The position numbers and the translations under genes are program-made. A stretch of DNA of 57,620 nt. Origin: a virus (Duplodnaviria > Caudoviricetes). The stretch lies in IMG/VR virus record IMGVR_UViG_3300031951_000180, positions 1-57,620 of that record, one strand, 5' to 3'. Below, piece after piece: positions 7,883 to 16,650 of this stretch. Positions within the stretch are counted from its first letter, which is position 1; every line of letters starts with the position of its first letter. Below the pieces are notes generated by a model. That model was not told the origin of the DNA, made no database searches, and saw only the letters and a program-made list of their open reading frames with translations.

Positions 7883-8354
7883 GAATGCTGAACGTCCACG
7901 AGAGCACGCCGCAGGCGACGACCAGATTTCGCCGCACCTTTTCGTCCACCTTCACGACGTCAGCGCCGTTGGCCTTGACGAACGCCATATCAATGGCCTC
8001 GCCGAGGCCGTCGTATTTGCCGACGTCGCTTTTGTTGATTGCCAGACGCAGGCTGCCGCCGTGGAACGCGGAGAACTTCTCGGTATCCGAGATGATCGGC
8101 TTGTCGCGGTCGCCGTCGCGGAGCAGGACGAACGCCATCGCGTCATAAAAGTGAGCCAGATACCGCCGGTCGCTGGGCGTCATCTTGGGCAGAATCTTGC
8201 CGACGTCGGCGGCGAGCTTCATCAGCTCTGGCTCTGGCTTCGGCACCTTGATGGCCGACACCGGCAGCGGCGGCCACTGGACGTTCAGCTCCGACCCCCG
8301 CCACGCGAACACGAGCAGCACCGCAGCCACGGCAATTCCTGCGAACTTGGTCAC
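7872..8354 (-). CDS. Exported or membrane-anchored hypothetical protein
   Basis: N-terminal hydrophobic signal. Confidence 0.75.
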   Translation of the reverse strand: MTKFAGIAVAAVLLVFAWRGSELNVQWPPLPVSAIKVPKPEPELMKLAADVGKILPKMTPSDRRYLAHFYDAMAFVLLRDGDRDKPIISDTEKFSAFHGGSLRLAINKSDVGKYDGLGEAIDMAFVKANGADVVKVDEKVRRNLVVACGVLSWTFSIHGE

Positions 8355-8629
8355 TTGTCGCTCCCCGCCAGCAGCGCCAGCGTCAACGTCTCAATGGCCT
8401 CGGTCGCGTCCTTCGACAACGCCGACGTTTCGACGAGCCGCAGCCGCACGTCAGCCAGGTTGAGCATCGCCTCTTGATACGTCGGACCGCGCCGCTTCGC
8501 CGGGGCGTGATCGTGATCGTCGGAGAACGCCCGCCCGATCACCGACTCGGCGACATACCAGAGGTCGCCGCGGAACACCCAGAGCAGGACGCCAGCGGCC
8601 ACCAGAATAGACGCGACCTGTAGGCTCAC
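8351..8629 (-). CDS. Small membrane protein
   Basis: N-terminal TM; coupled overlaps. Confidence 0.7.
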   Translation of the reverse strand: MSLQVASILVAAGVLLWVFRGDLWYVAESVIGRAFSDDHDHAPAKRRGPTYQEAMLNLADVRLRLVETSALSKDATEAIETLTLALLAGSDK

Positions 8630-8916
8630 AGCGCACCGTCGATTTTGGCGACGACCCAGTTAAAGAACGCCTGGCCCTCCGGCGACTTGAGAACGGCCTC
8701 AAGGTGCTCGAGAGCCTCGTCGTCCACCTGCGTGCCGCTCTTGCCTGCGGCCCACTGGAGGGTGTCGATGACAGCGACCGCCCGTGCGTGCGGCGTGTCG
8801 GCCGAGAGGATGGCCTGCATCCTGGCGAGGAGCGGCGACCACTCGGCGAGGAGCTTCAGCTTCTCGAGCAGCGGCAGTCCCGCGCCGAACTCTTCGGGCA
8901 GTTGGTCTTCTGACAT
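8626..8916 (-). CDS. Hypothetical protein (start MSEDQLP)
   Basis: AGGAGG RBS before ATG 8916. Confidence 0.7.
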   Translation of the reverse strand: MSEDQLPEEFGAGLPLLEKLKLLAEWSPLLARMQAILSADTPHARAVAVIDTLQWAAGKSGTQVDDEALEHLEAVLKSPEGQAFFNWVVAKIDGAL

Positions 8917-9066
8917 TTCGAGCCTCCTTGCAAAAACCGCAGATATTCCGCAGAACACGTCCGTCCTTGGCTCGTGATCTTGCCCCAATGGCTGGGCGGT
9001 GCCTCCGGCACCAAATTCATCAGCGGGGGCGAGTCGTCGCCGATCCACTGGATCGAGATTTCATCT

Positions 9067-9267
9067 TCATTCGGCGGCATCGCCATGTACGCAGTGGTTC
9101 ATGAAATCGTACCAATCGTCGAATGCGGCCCGCGCCGCCTGCTTCGCCTCCGTCCGACTGATCGCGCGTGGAGCCTTCCACAGCTCATCCTCGATGATGT
9201 CATCACCATTCTTGAGGATCAGCCGCATCTCCTTCGGCGCGATCACGAGCCGTACTTCCGCCAGCAC
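9067..9267 (-). CDS. Small hypothetical protein
   Basis: GGAG upstream; protein-like composition. Confidence 0.5.
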   Translation of the reverse strand: MLAEVRLVIAPKEMRLILKNGDDIIEDELWKAPRAISRTEAKQAARAAFDDWYDFMNHCVHGDAAE

Positions 9268-9604
9268 TGTTGTTCACTCCAGTAGCACTATCTAGTGTAC
9301 CACCCCAGGCGTTCTTGAGCCGGGCTTCCCGCTCGGCCTGCGTCCACCCCGCGCGGATGCCTGCGGCGGCCAGCCGAATCTCTTCCGGCGACGGCGGCGG
9401 CGGCACGTCGGGCCGGGGGCCGAGGCAGAGAAACATCGCCGCCCGCAGCACCGCCGGCACGTCGAATTCCTCGACTTCGGCGACTTCGCCTTTCAGCGAC
9501 CACTCGTACGTACTGAACGTCAGATCGCTCGCGATCTCGTCCAGCGTCAAATTCTCATCCCAGAGCCTGCGCAAAGCCCGTTTTTGGTTGGCGGTGAGCT
9601 TCAC
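9203..9604 (-). CDS. GcrA-like HTH protein (GTG start, MKLTANQK)
   Basis: LRRLWDENLTLDEIASDL; paralogue of 11965..12315. Confidence 0.55.
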   Translation of the reverse strand: MKLTANQKRALRRLWDENLTLDEIASDLTFSTYEWSLKGEVAEVEEFDVPAVLRAAMFLCLGPRPDVPPPPSPEEIRLAAAGIRAGWTQAEREARLKNAWGGTLDSATGVNNSAGGSTARDRAEGDAADPQEW

Positions 9605-10470
9605 GGTTCCTCTGGGAGAATCGCGACGTAGCGGCAGCCGGGATTGAGCCACAAGCCGTAGCCGGCCTGCCGCATGGCCTTATGTGCCACGACGTGTTCG
9701 CAGTCGCCGCCGCCGTACAGGCAGTGACGAAACGCCTCGGCTTTGTAGACGGCGAGGCCGCCGAAGGCCGAATACATCGGGATCGGGTCGCCGCCGACCG
9801 GCGGAAGGAGGGCGTGAAACCACGCCTGGCCCGTCTTTTCGCGCCGATCCTCCCACCACGAGAGCCGCGCGGCGTAGGCGTCATAGTGGGCGATCTCGGT
9901 TTGCCCTTCGTCATTCTGGCGGACGAACAGCGAGTAGCTCGCCATGCAGCCGACCTCGCAGGTCCGCTGCACCCGGCTCTGGTATTCCCGCATCCAGCCG
10001 ATGCTGTTGAGCACGCCATTGACTGAAAAGCCGCCGTGCGGGTCCATATCCAAGACGATGACGTACTGGGCATCCGGGGCGTGATGCTCCACCCAGAGGC
10101 GGCAGCGGTTGCGGTACTCGGCCAGCGCCACCGTCCGCTGCTCCTCGAACCCGCGGTAGTCTGGCCGCAGGAGCGTGTCGTGCTCGATCGTCACCCACGG
10201 CCTGGTGGCCGCGAAGGCGTCGAGCACCTTGGCGGTGTCATCGTTGGAGTCGTTCTCGAAGCAGTAGAATTTCGCTTCCTGAAACTTCGCCGCCAGCTCG
10301 TCGATGAGGCCGAGCGTATTCATGCCGTATGGCAGCGCGTTTCTGGCGATGGCGACGATTGCCACCTTCGACCGCTCCGCCTCCTCGGCCCCGTAGCCGA
10401 CGTAGCGGTCGTATTGATCCTGATACCCGTCCTCGACGGGCCAGAATTCTTCAGGCCGACTGACTGGCAT
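9601..10470 (-). CDS. Glycosyltransferase, GT-A fold (CAP59/GT69-like)
   Basis: FENDSNDDT, LAEYRN, VLDMD (DxD), SAFGGLAVYK, CEHV. Confidence 0.75.
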   Translation of the reverse strand: MPVSRPEEFWPVEDGYQDQYDRYVGYGAEEAERSKVAIVAIARNALPYGMNTLGLIDELAAKFQEAKFYCFENDSNDDTAKVLDAFAATRPWVTIEHDTLLRPDYRGFEEQRTVALAEYRNRCRLWVEHHAPDAQYVIVLDMDPHGGFSVNGVLNSIGWMREYQSRVQRTCEVGCMASYSLFVRQNDEGQTEIAHYDAYAARLSWWEDRREKTGQAWFHALLPPVGGDPIPMYSAFGGLAVYKAEAFRHCLYGGGDCEHVVAHKAMRQAGYGLWLNPGCRYVAILPEEP

Positions 10471-11095
10471 GAATCGCCCCCTTCATTGCTGCTAAACGGT
10501 CGTCGAACATCGTCGCGTGAAAGAACCTCGCAGCCCGCGGGATGCCGCGAGGGTCGCGCTTGTGCGGGTTCCACTCGTAGGGCAACTCGGCCCAGAGCGG
10601 CCCCGGCGGCACCGCCACCGGAGTCGCGTCTGGGTCGCCGCCCAGGGCGTGGATCACGGCTGCCTGCTCCCACCAGCCGCCAGACCGCATGAACTCAGGC
10701 GCCTCCCAGAGGTTGTCGAGGAACTGCTTCGCCTGCCTCCGAACGAGCCAGACGCCGCAGTTCGGCACCGCACCGTCTTCTGTGTGATGCACGACCATGT
10801 GCATCGGCGCGTCCGTCGCCTCTTCGATGATGTCGGTGTCGTGGCGGATCACGGCCACGTCGGCATCGAGCCACAAGACCACGTCATAGGAGTCGAGCAG
10901 GCTGTGAATCAGGGCGACCTTGAACCAGCTTGCCGGCCGCCCCCAGACCTTCGGAAACCGGCCGACCGCCGGCATCTGCGGCACGACGAGGTCATACCCG
11001 TGCCTCTCGCAGTAGCGGAGGTGCGTCGGCAACGCCAGCCGCAAGAGGGCCGCGGCGTCGTCTCCGAATCCGAAGGTGGCTAGGCACTTGCGCAT
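10451..11095 (-). CDS. Glycosyltransferase, GT34 (GMA12/MNN10)-like (start MRKCLAT)
   Basis: SWFKV, LWLDAD (DxD), NCGVWLVR, WEQAA. Confidence 0.8.
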   Translation of the reverse strand: MRKCLATFGFGDDAAALLRLALPTHLRYCERHGYDLVVPQMPAVGRFPKVWGRPASWFKVALIHSLLDSYDVVLWLDADVAVIRHDTDIIEEATDAPMHMVVHHTEDGAVPNCGVWLVRRQAKQFLDNLWEAPEFMRSGGWWEQAAVIHALGGDPDATPVAVPPGPLWAELPYEWNPHKRDPRGIPRAARFFHATMFDDRLAAMKGAIHASQSA

Positions 11096-11679
11096 GCGTC
11101 GATGGCCCTCATGTGGTCGTTGACGTCGCGGCAGAGGATCGCGAGGCCGCGGTGCGTCCGCTGCCCCGGCCGCGGCAGGCAGTCGATGGCGACGCGGTAG
11201 CCGACCTTCTGGAAGAGGTGCATGAACCAGCACGGGCCTTCGCAGCCGGGATCGCGGTTCGTCACGTCGTGGAGGATGATGGCCCGCGGGCCGACCTCGT
11301 AGCAGATGTCCGATTCGATGTCGGCGCAGGCCATGCTGTGATCGCCGTCCAAAATCACGACGCTCTCGGCCGTCAAATACTTCGCCAGCAGCTCGGCGCT
11401 CGTGCCTTCGCAGAGCGACACCCGCTTCGGCGGTGCCTCGGCCACCATCGCCTTCAGGCTGGGCTGATGCACGGGGTCGATCAGCACGACGTGAGCGTCG
11501 ATCTCGTCGGCCGCGGCGAGCACCTCGGCCGTCGAGACGCCAAAGCAGCAGCCGACTTCGACGACTTCGCTGATGCCCTTGCACTGCCGCAGGAACTTCC
11601 CGATCGCCACTGCGTGCCGCCGATCCATCGACATCTGGTGCGTCTCAAAGAACGAGGCGTGGCGGCGGTAGTCGGTCAT
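11080..11679 (-). CDS. Class I SAM methyltransferase (Methyltransf_24-like; start MTDYRRH)
   Basis: VEVGCCFGVST, LIDP, ILDGDHS, ILHD. Confidence 0.8.
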   Translation of the reverse strand: MTDYRRHASFFETHQMSMDRRHAVAIGKFLRQCKGISEVVEVGCCFGVSTAEVLAAADEIDAHVVLIDPVHQPSLKAMVAEAPPKRVSLCEGTSAELLAKYLTAESVVILDGDHSMACADIESDICYEVGPRAIILHDVTNRDPGCEGPCWFMHLFQKVGYRVAIDCLPRPGQRTHRGLAILCRDVNDHMRAIDACASA

Positions 11680-11957
11680 CTCACGCTCTCCAGAAACGCC
11701 CGTGCCTCGCTGGCACTGGTCACCCACGTCACGGCGGCCCCGGCGTCGGCCAGTTGCCGCATCCGGTGCCGCTGAACCTTGGTCGGCTCCTCGCCCGGCA
11801 CCTTGCACTCCAAAAAAGCCACCTTCCCGCCGCGGATCGCCATCACGTCGGGCATCCCGGCGATGCCGAACGCATTGCCGTGGAGCTTCCCTGCCCACCA
11901 TCCAGCCGCCTTTGCCGTCGCGATGACTTTCGCGACGATCGTGCTTTCTTTTGGCAA
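11676..11957 (-). CDS. VRR-NUC domain nuclease
   Basis: ESTIV...GMPDV...FLECKVPG..PTKVQ. Confidence 0.9.
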   Translation of the reverse strand: MPKESTIVAKVIATAKAAGWWAGKLHGNAFGIAGMPDVMAIRGGKVAFLECKVPGEEPTKVQRHRMRQLADAGAAVTWVTSASEARAFLESVR

Positions 11958-11964
11958 GTAGGGT

Positions 11965-12315
11965 CTACGGCAAGCCGCACTCCGCGAAGGCGACGTGACG
12001 CCCGTCGAAGGCGTAGTTCTTCATCTGCGGCCGACCGTTCTTGCCGACGAGCCGACGCTCGGCGACCTCGGGTGTCCACGATGCCTGAATCTTCGCAGCC
12101 CGATGGCGGATCAGCTCCTCGTCGGGGTCGCCGGGGGCGCGCTCACCGTCCTCGACCTTTACCTGGCCCCGATTGGGCAGCTTCAGCCTGCGGGCCAGGA
12201 TGTAAAGCTGGCTGTTCGAGCAGCCGAGCCTCTGGCAGATGCGGTCGTTCGTCATCGGCGAATGCCAGAGACGAGTCACCTCGCGGGCGTCGAAATATCG
12301 CTCCTTGATCATCAT
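11965..12315 (-). CDS. GcrA-like HTH protein
   Basis: VTRLWHSPMTNDRICQRLGCS; shares the IRxxAAxIxAxWT..ExRL motif with 9203..9604. Confidence 0.6.
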   Translation of the reverse strand: MMIKERYFDAREVTRLWHSPMTNDRICQRLGCSNSQLYILARRLKLPNRGQVKVEDGERAPGDPDEELIRHRAAKIQASWTPEVAERRLVGKNGRPQMKNYAFDGRHVAFAECGLP

Positions 12316-12330
12316 CGGAAACCTCCTTGT

Positions 12331-12546
12331 TTACTTGCTCGGCCGCAGGCCGAAGAGAACCCAGCACAAACCCACCAGCGAGCACGCCTCGCCGAAGGAC
12401 AATTCGCTCACAGTGAACGCCGACGCCACCGAGCCACGCCAGAAATACTGGGCGGCCGCGGCACTGACGAGAAACAGGACGACGGCGCCAGCGAGGCCCA
12501 GAACCGTCGCGGTCAGGACAGCGCCGATGGTGTCGGAGTCGTTCAC
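12331..12546 (-). CDS. Small two-TM membrane protein (start approximate)
   Basis: IGAVLTATVLGLAGAVVLFLV and LVGLCWVLFGL. Confidence 0.55.
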   Translation of the reverse strand: MNDSDTIGAVLTATVLGLAGAVVLFLVSAAAAQYFWRGSVASAFTVSELSFGEACSLVGLCWVLFGLRPSK

Positions 12547-13025
12547 AGATTCACCCCCATCCATTCGACGAGAATCTCGTACCGGCCAGGCGTCGGCACC
12601 GACATCAAACGCCACTCGCCGTCGGCCCCGAGATGGTCGAGGTCGGTGTAGTCGGCCATGCAGCTTACTTCGATGCTGCGCGGCTTCGCGTTTTCGACGA
12701 TCTTCGCGACCTGCCGATCCAGATCGGACTTCTCGAAGTCCTTGCCGGCGTAGGCGTAGCGGACGCTCATCATCGGGATGTCGCTGACGTGCCAATACTG
12801 ATCCATCGACACCACGCGGCACTGCTTGAGCAGGTCGATTGCCTCGTCTACGGCAGACGGGACAGGTGGCTTCTTCTTGCGGCGTTTAGGCGTCTTAATC
12901 GCCGCAGCCGGCGGCGGCAGCGTCAGCGCCGGCTTCGGAGAGGTGGCGACGGAGGCGGATGCGCCGACAGCCGAAAGGCCGGCTGCGGCTGCGAACAAGC
13001 TCTGGAGAAATCCTCGTCGTTGCAT
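12543..13025 (-). CDS. Twin-arginine (Tat) signal protein
   Basis: MQRRGFLQSLFAAAAGLSAVGASA matches RRxFL + h-region + AxA. Confidence 0.75.
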   Translation of the reverse strand: MQRRGFLQSLFAAAAGLSAVGASASVATSPKPALTLPPPAAAIKTPKRRKKKPPVPSAVDEAIDLLKQCRVVSMDQYWHVSDIPMMSVRYAYAGKDFEKSDLDRQVAKIVENAKPRSIEVSCMADYTDLDHLGADGEWRLMSVPTPGRYEILVEWMGVNL

Positions 13026-13071
13026 GGCGGTAGTTATCCGTTTCTGTAGGCTCAAGGTCAAGACTAATCGG

Positions 13072-13293
13072 CTAGAGATCGTCGCCCTGGAGGAGCCGCC
13101 GCTCGCAGACTCTGGTGAACACCTCAAGCGAGTCCTTCAGGTGGCTGGCGGCCACGACGATCTCAGATTTCTTCTGGAGCTGCATCTCGGCGATGAACTC
13201 ATCGAGCGTCTCGCCGGTCGCGTTGCAGAAGTGCCTGAATGCGGCCACGCGGGCCGACACGACCGCGGGGTCTGGAGTCACTGCCTCTCCCAT
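13072..13293 (-). CDS. Hypothetical protein (start MGEAVTP)
   Basis: Fills the gap after GNAT. Confidence 0.55.
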   Translation of the reverse strand: MGEAVTPDPAVVSARVAAFRHFCNATGETLDEFIAEMQLQKKSEIVVAASHLKDSLEVFTRVCERRLLQGDDL

Positions 13294-13718
13294 CTCACGC
13301 ACTTTCTTTTCTTGAATAAGGTCGGATAGAACCCGGCCCGTCGGGCGACGAGCAGCATGTGCGGGTGGAAGACGGCGACCGAGTCGCCATAGCCGGCGAA
13401 CAGTGCCGAATACAGCCCCGAGGCGGCGAAGGCGGCGATGCCGCGGCGGCGGTAATTCTTGTGAACGAACGCCTCCAGCGTGTCCCACCGATTGGCAAAG
13501 TCCTCGACCCACTTCTCCGTCCTGGCCCAGCCGATGATCTCGCCTTGATCCTCGACCAGGGCGATGTAGCCGTCGGCCTCCGTCGGCTCGGATGAGTCAA
13601 AGAGCCAGGAGTCCAGCTTCCGCTGGAAGTCGCTGCCTGGCTTCGTCAGATGGTCGCGGACGTATTCGGCGGCGCCGGAGTCAAGGAAGTCGGTGGCGAA
13701 TTGGATGGTGCAGTTCAT
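13278..13718 (-). CDS. GNAT acetyltransferase
   Basis: GEIIGWA; FVHKNYRRRGIA (motif A). Confidence 0.8.
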   Translation of the reverse strand: MNCTIQFATDFLDSGAAEYVRDHLTKPGSDFQRKLDSWLFDSSEPTEADGYIALVEDQGEIIGWARTEKWVEDFANRWDTLEAFVHKNYRRRGIAAFAASGLYSALFAGYGDSVAVFHPHMLLVARRAGFYPTLFKKRKCVRWERQ

Positions 13719-14266
13719 GTTAAAGCAGGCTCCTTGGCAGCGATTTTGGGTGTAAGCTTTCTTACAGGCGGAATGCTGACTGGAGGAAGTTTTTCCAAAA
13801 TCCTCGCAACCTCCTCCTTTGGGCTTGGGAACTGCTCAAGCAGAGCTTTCACCTCGGCGACGGCGGCGTCTTGAAGGCTTTTGTCCCTAGAGTCCCACCC
13901 ACGGCACGCACGCTCCCTGTCAACGCATCGCTTAACAAGCTCGGCGTACTCGTTATCAAAGGTGAAGAACTTGCACCCAATGAACGTGACCCCATAAACA
14001 GCAAGCATGGCTATGGCCTGCTCTGCGGTGCATGAAAACCACTCGCCGTGACTGCGGACCTTGCGCATTTGAAAATGCAGTTCGCTCTCAAGCGATGCCG
14101 CGGTGCTCGGCGGCAGTTTTCCGAGCGCAACGATCGGATCAATCCTTGACGGGCAGCCGCACTGAATCTGTCGGATTCGTGACTGGACATTATTTGATCG
14201 GCCGACCTTCACAAAGCCAGCCGCGTATAGCAAGTAGACAAACTGAGTCGCGACTGGATAGCTCAT
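13715..14266 (-). CDS. T5orf172/MUG113 GIY-YIG-like protein
   Basis: FVYLL...VKVGRSNNVQSRIRQIQCGCP...LESELH...HGEWF; visibly lower GC. Confidence 0.8.
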   Translation of the reverse strand: MSYPVATQFVYLLYAAGFVKVGRSNNVQSRIRQIQCGCPSRIDPIVALGKLPPSTAASLESELHFQMRKVRSHGEWFSCTAEQAIAMLAVYGVTFIGCKFFTFDNEYAELVKRCVDRERACRGWDSRDKSLQDAAVAEVKALLEQFPSPKEEVARILEKLPPVSIPPVRKLTPKIAAKEPALT

Positions 14267-15021
14267 GCCGTAGCCTCCAGTTGTCGCTTCGCATCAATCG
14301 CTTGCTCAACCCGCCTCGCGGCGATGTAGACGTACTCTGGGTTGAGATCAATTCCGATCGCGCTTCGCCCCAGGCCGGCGGCAACGGCAGGGACGGTGCC
14401 GGAGCCGGCGAACGGGTCGAGCACCGTGTCGCCGTGGTTGCTCGAGACGCGGATGATCCGCTCGACAAGCTCCTCTGGCAGTTGCGTCGGCACGCCCTTC
14501 ACTCGCTCGCGGAATGTGCCGCAGACGCGATTGACCTGCCACACGTCGCCCATGATCTTGCCGGCAGGGTTTGCCCGCTTGTCGCCGTACTTCTCCTGGC
14601 GAGACGACGGCACCGTCACGGCGTCGGCGTTGAACGTGAAATTCTTCGCGCCCTTCACAGCGTAGTAGATGGGTCTGGAGCACCGGCCGAATTTCTTGTG
14701 GCAGTAGACGCCGAACGTCTCGTGCCATGTGATGCGGTTTCGCATCGTCATGCCGGCGTTCTGCATCGCGATGTCGATGAAGGCGCCGTATTCCTGACCG
14801 CTGATGATCCACATGGAGCCTGTTGACTTGAGCGCCCGGTAGCACCCGCCGATCCACCGCTGGCACCAGAGGTCATAGTCGGGCCGGCGGTCGGCCTTCG
14901 CCCCAGAGCCGTAGTCGATGCCGATGTTGTACGGTGGATCGGTGACGACGAGATCGACGCTGTGCTTGTCAAGCGTTTGCAGACCTTCGATGCAGTCGCC
15001 GGTGATGATGCAGTGGCTCAC
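14263..15021 (-). CDS. DNA amino-methyltransferase (N6A/N4C, beta class)
   Basis: TDPPYN (motif IV) precedes VLDPFAGSGT (motif I). Confidence 0.93.
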   Translation of the reverse strand: MSHCIITGDCIEGLQTLDKHSVDLVVTDPPYNIGIDYGSGAKADRRPDYDLWCQRWIGGCYRALKSTGSMWIISGQEYGAFIDIAMQNAGMTMRNRITWHETFGVYCHKKFGRCSRPIYYAVKGAKNFTFNADAVTVPSSRQEKYGDKRANPAGKIMGDVWQVNRVCGTFRERVKGVPTQLPEELVERIIRVSSNHGDTVLDPFAGSGTVPAVAAGLGRSAIGIDLNPEYVYIAARRVEQAIDAKRQLEATA

Positions 15022-15227
15022 TTCGCCCTCCCCCAGCCAATCGAATTCGCCGCGCTCTTCGTCTCCGGGTGATCGCCGAGGCCGACGCGGTCGAGCAGCG
15101 TCACGAGCATGGCAATGTGATACCTGTAGCCGGACGCCTGCCTCTTCGACGAATTGAGCTTCCGCCGAAGCCTCGCGTTGCCACGAACCTGCCCACGCAA
15201 TTCGTCGAGATAGGTCTTCGTCCTCAT
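15018..15227 (-). CDS. Small hypothetical protein (start MRTKTYL)
   Basis: Follows the tRNA-like element; coupled to the MTase. Confidence 0.5.
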   Translation of the reverse strand: MRTKTYLDELRGQVRGNARLRRKLNSSKRQASGYRYHIAMLVTLLDRVGLGDHPETKSAANSIGWGRAK

Positions 15228-15232
15228 CAAAA

Positions 15233-15324
15233 CGCCCCGAGCGGGAGTCGAACCCGCGTTTCGGCTATTAATGCCGCGTTCTACCAATGCACGGTGGCTG
15301 CCGCCGTGTCCGAACTATCGGTGC
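15233..15324 (-). tRNA. tRNA-like element with an inserted D-loop hairpin (atypical or pseudo-tRNA)
   Basis: Reverse complement: acceptor GCACCGA/TCGGGGC, D-stem GTTC/GAAC, anticodon arm CGGC-ATTAATA-GCCG, T-arm GCGGG-TTCGACT-CCCGC. Confidence 0.6.
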
Positions 15325-15329
15325 AATCA

Positions 15330-15527
15330 CTACTGAAAAACCCCTGCCTGCTTCATCATTTCAATCTGCTCAAGGCTGAATGGCTGAATGCCGCCGTCCG
15401 TCGGCATGTGCGGCTTGACGTACTTCCTGAATGCGTATTCGATGCCAACGTCCAGCTTGACGGCGATGATCGCCGCAGTGACGTAGTAGTCCAGCAACGA
15501 CTTTGATGACTTTTTCCTTGCAACCAC
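15330..15527 (-). CDS. Small hypothetical protein
   Basis: AGGAGG RBS. Confidence 0.6.
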   Translation of the reverse strand: MVARKKSSKSLLDYYVTAAIIAVKLDVGIEYAFRKYVKPHMPTDGGIQPFSLEQIEMMKQAGVFQ

Positions 15528-15538
15528 TTCCAGACCTC

Positions 15539-15997
15539 CTATCTGAGCTTCAAAAGACGTGAGCCAAGCTCCTCCATCGGCCGCAGCGCCTCGCGCCGCA
15601 TGAACCTTGAGTCGATGCCGTGGCCGAGGTCGCGGACTTCGGCAGCCGCAAGCTGCTTGCCCCAGACCCAGCCAACCAGCTCGCCCTGATTCCCGTCCGC
15701 ATACGCCAGGACGTAGATGTCGGCGGCCACCGGCTTGTCGAGCCTGTGAATCAGATTCCTCCCAGGCTCAGTCGTCTTGACGTCCACCGTGTAGAGCAGA
15801 GGAATGACGAAGTCGATGCCGCCGTCGCCGTTCTTGCGGTCAAACGCGAAGTCGGGACAGACGCCGGAGAACTTGCCGAACTCGACCTCGCCGACCATGC
15901 CGAGATCGTCGCAATCGCTGCGGATCGCGGCGTGCTTCGGATGCCGGTCGGCGTGCGACTCGGTTCGCTTCGCGGCGAGGTATGAGAGGATGGTCAT
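15539..15997 (-). CDS. Putative PD-(D/E)XK-fold protein (start MTILSYL)
   Basis: GMVGE...DGGIDF...VDVKT. Confidence 0.6.
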   Translation of the reverse strand: MTILSYLAAKRTESHADRHPKHAAIRSDCDDLGMVGEVEFGKFSGVCPDFAFDRKNGDGGIDFVIPLLYTVDVKTTEPGRNLIHRLDKPVAADIYVLAYADGNQGELVGWVWGKQLAAAEVRDLGHGIDSRFMRREALRPMEELGSRLLKLR

Positions 15998-16650
15998 GGC
16001 TTGATAGCGATCCGCCCCGTGTAGTCGATCTCGTCGAATCGCAGGCTGCCGCCGAAATACTCGTCCACGGCCTTCTTGGCGCCACGCCAATGACCGTAGT
16101 CGTCGATGATCAAGACGCCGCCTGAGACGAGCCTCGGATAGAGATGCTCAAGCTCGTGCTTCGTGGATGCGTACCAGTCGGTGTCCAGCCGTAGCACGGC
16201 GATCGACTCCGGCGCCTCGGCCGGCACGGTGTCCTCCACCATGCCGGCGACGAGCCGGCAGTGCGGATACCCCGTCGATGCCATGTTCCGCTCGACCTCC
16301 TCGGCCGGGCAGGCCGACCAGACGTCGCCGGTCGCCTTGTCCTGGGACGCAAGCAGGCCGGCGGCGGCGCTGCCGGCGAGGTCGATGTCCTCGGCCCCCG
16401 GCGGCGGCATCCCGTCGAACGTGTCGAACAGGTGAATCATGCGGCTCTCGCCCGCCTCAGCCAGCACCATTGCCGCAGCCATCATGCTGCCGCCACGCCA
16501 GACGCCGCATTCGACGATGTCGCCGATGACGCCTAAGTCGCAGATTCGACGAGTCGCCGAGATCAAGGCCAGAAGCCGCTCGCGGCTCGTCTTCGTGTAC
16601 GGCGAGCACGCGGCGATGATCTGGTTGTCGGTTTTTGCGGTGGTGGTCAT
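15994..16650 (-). CDS. TylF/MycF/NovP-family sugar O-methyltransferase
   Basis: GDIVECGVWRGGS, FDTFDGMP, LRLDTDWYAST, GGVLIIDDYGHW. Confidence 0.92.
   Translation of the reverse strand: MTTTAKTDNQIIAACSPYTKTSRERLLALISATRRICDLGVIGDIVECGVWRGGSMMAAAMVLAEAGESRMIHLFDTFDGMPPPGAEDIDLAGSAAAGLLASQDKATGDVWSACPAEEVERNMASTGYPHCRLVAGMVEDTVPAEAPESIAVLRLDTDWYASTKHELEHLYPRLVSGGVLIIDDYGHWRGAKKAVDEYFGGSLRFDEIDYTGRIAIKP

Noticed and set aside
10451-11584. 377-aa version of the GT34 gene and other extended starts (860, 6723, 7070, 18799, 33627, 51620)
   Set aside because: The extensions overlap neighbouring genes and read as Arg-rich junk; internal coupled or RBS-supported starts were preferred
15233-15324. 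Functional tRNA-Leu(UAA), or a stop suppressor implying recoding
   Set aside because: Non-canonical anticodon loop and no long variable arm; genes translate intact with the standard code and use all three stops
13715-15997. Complete restriction-modification system
   Set aside because: The nuclease-like neighbours resemble common phage accessory or homing proteins; pairing with the MTase is unsupported
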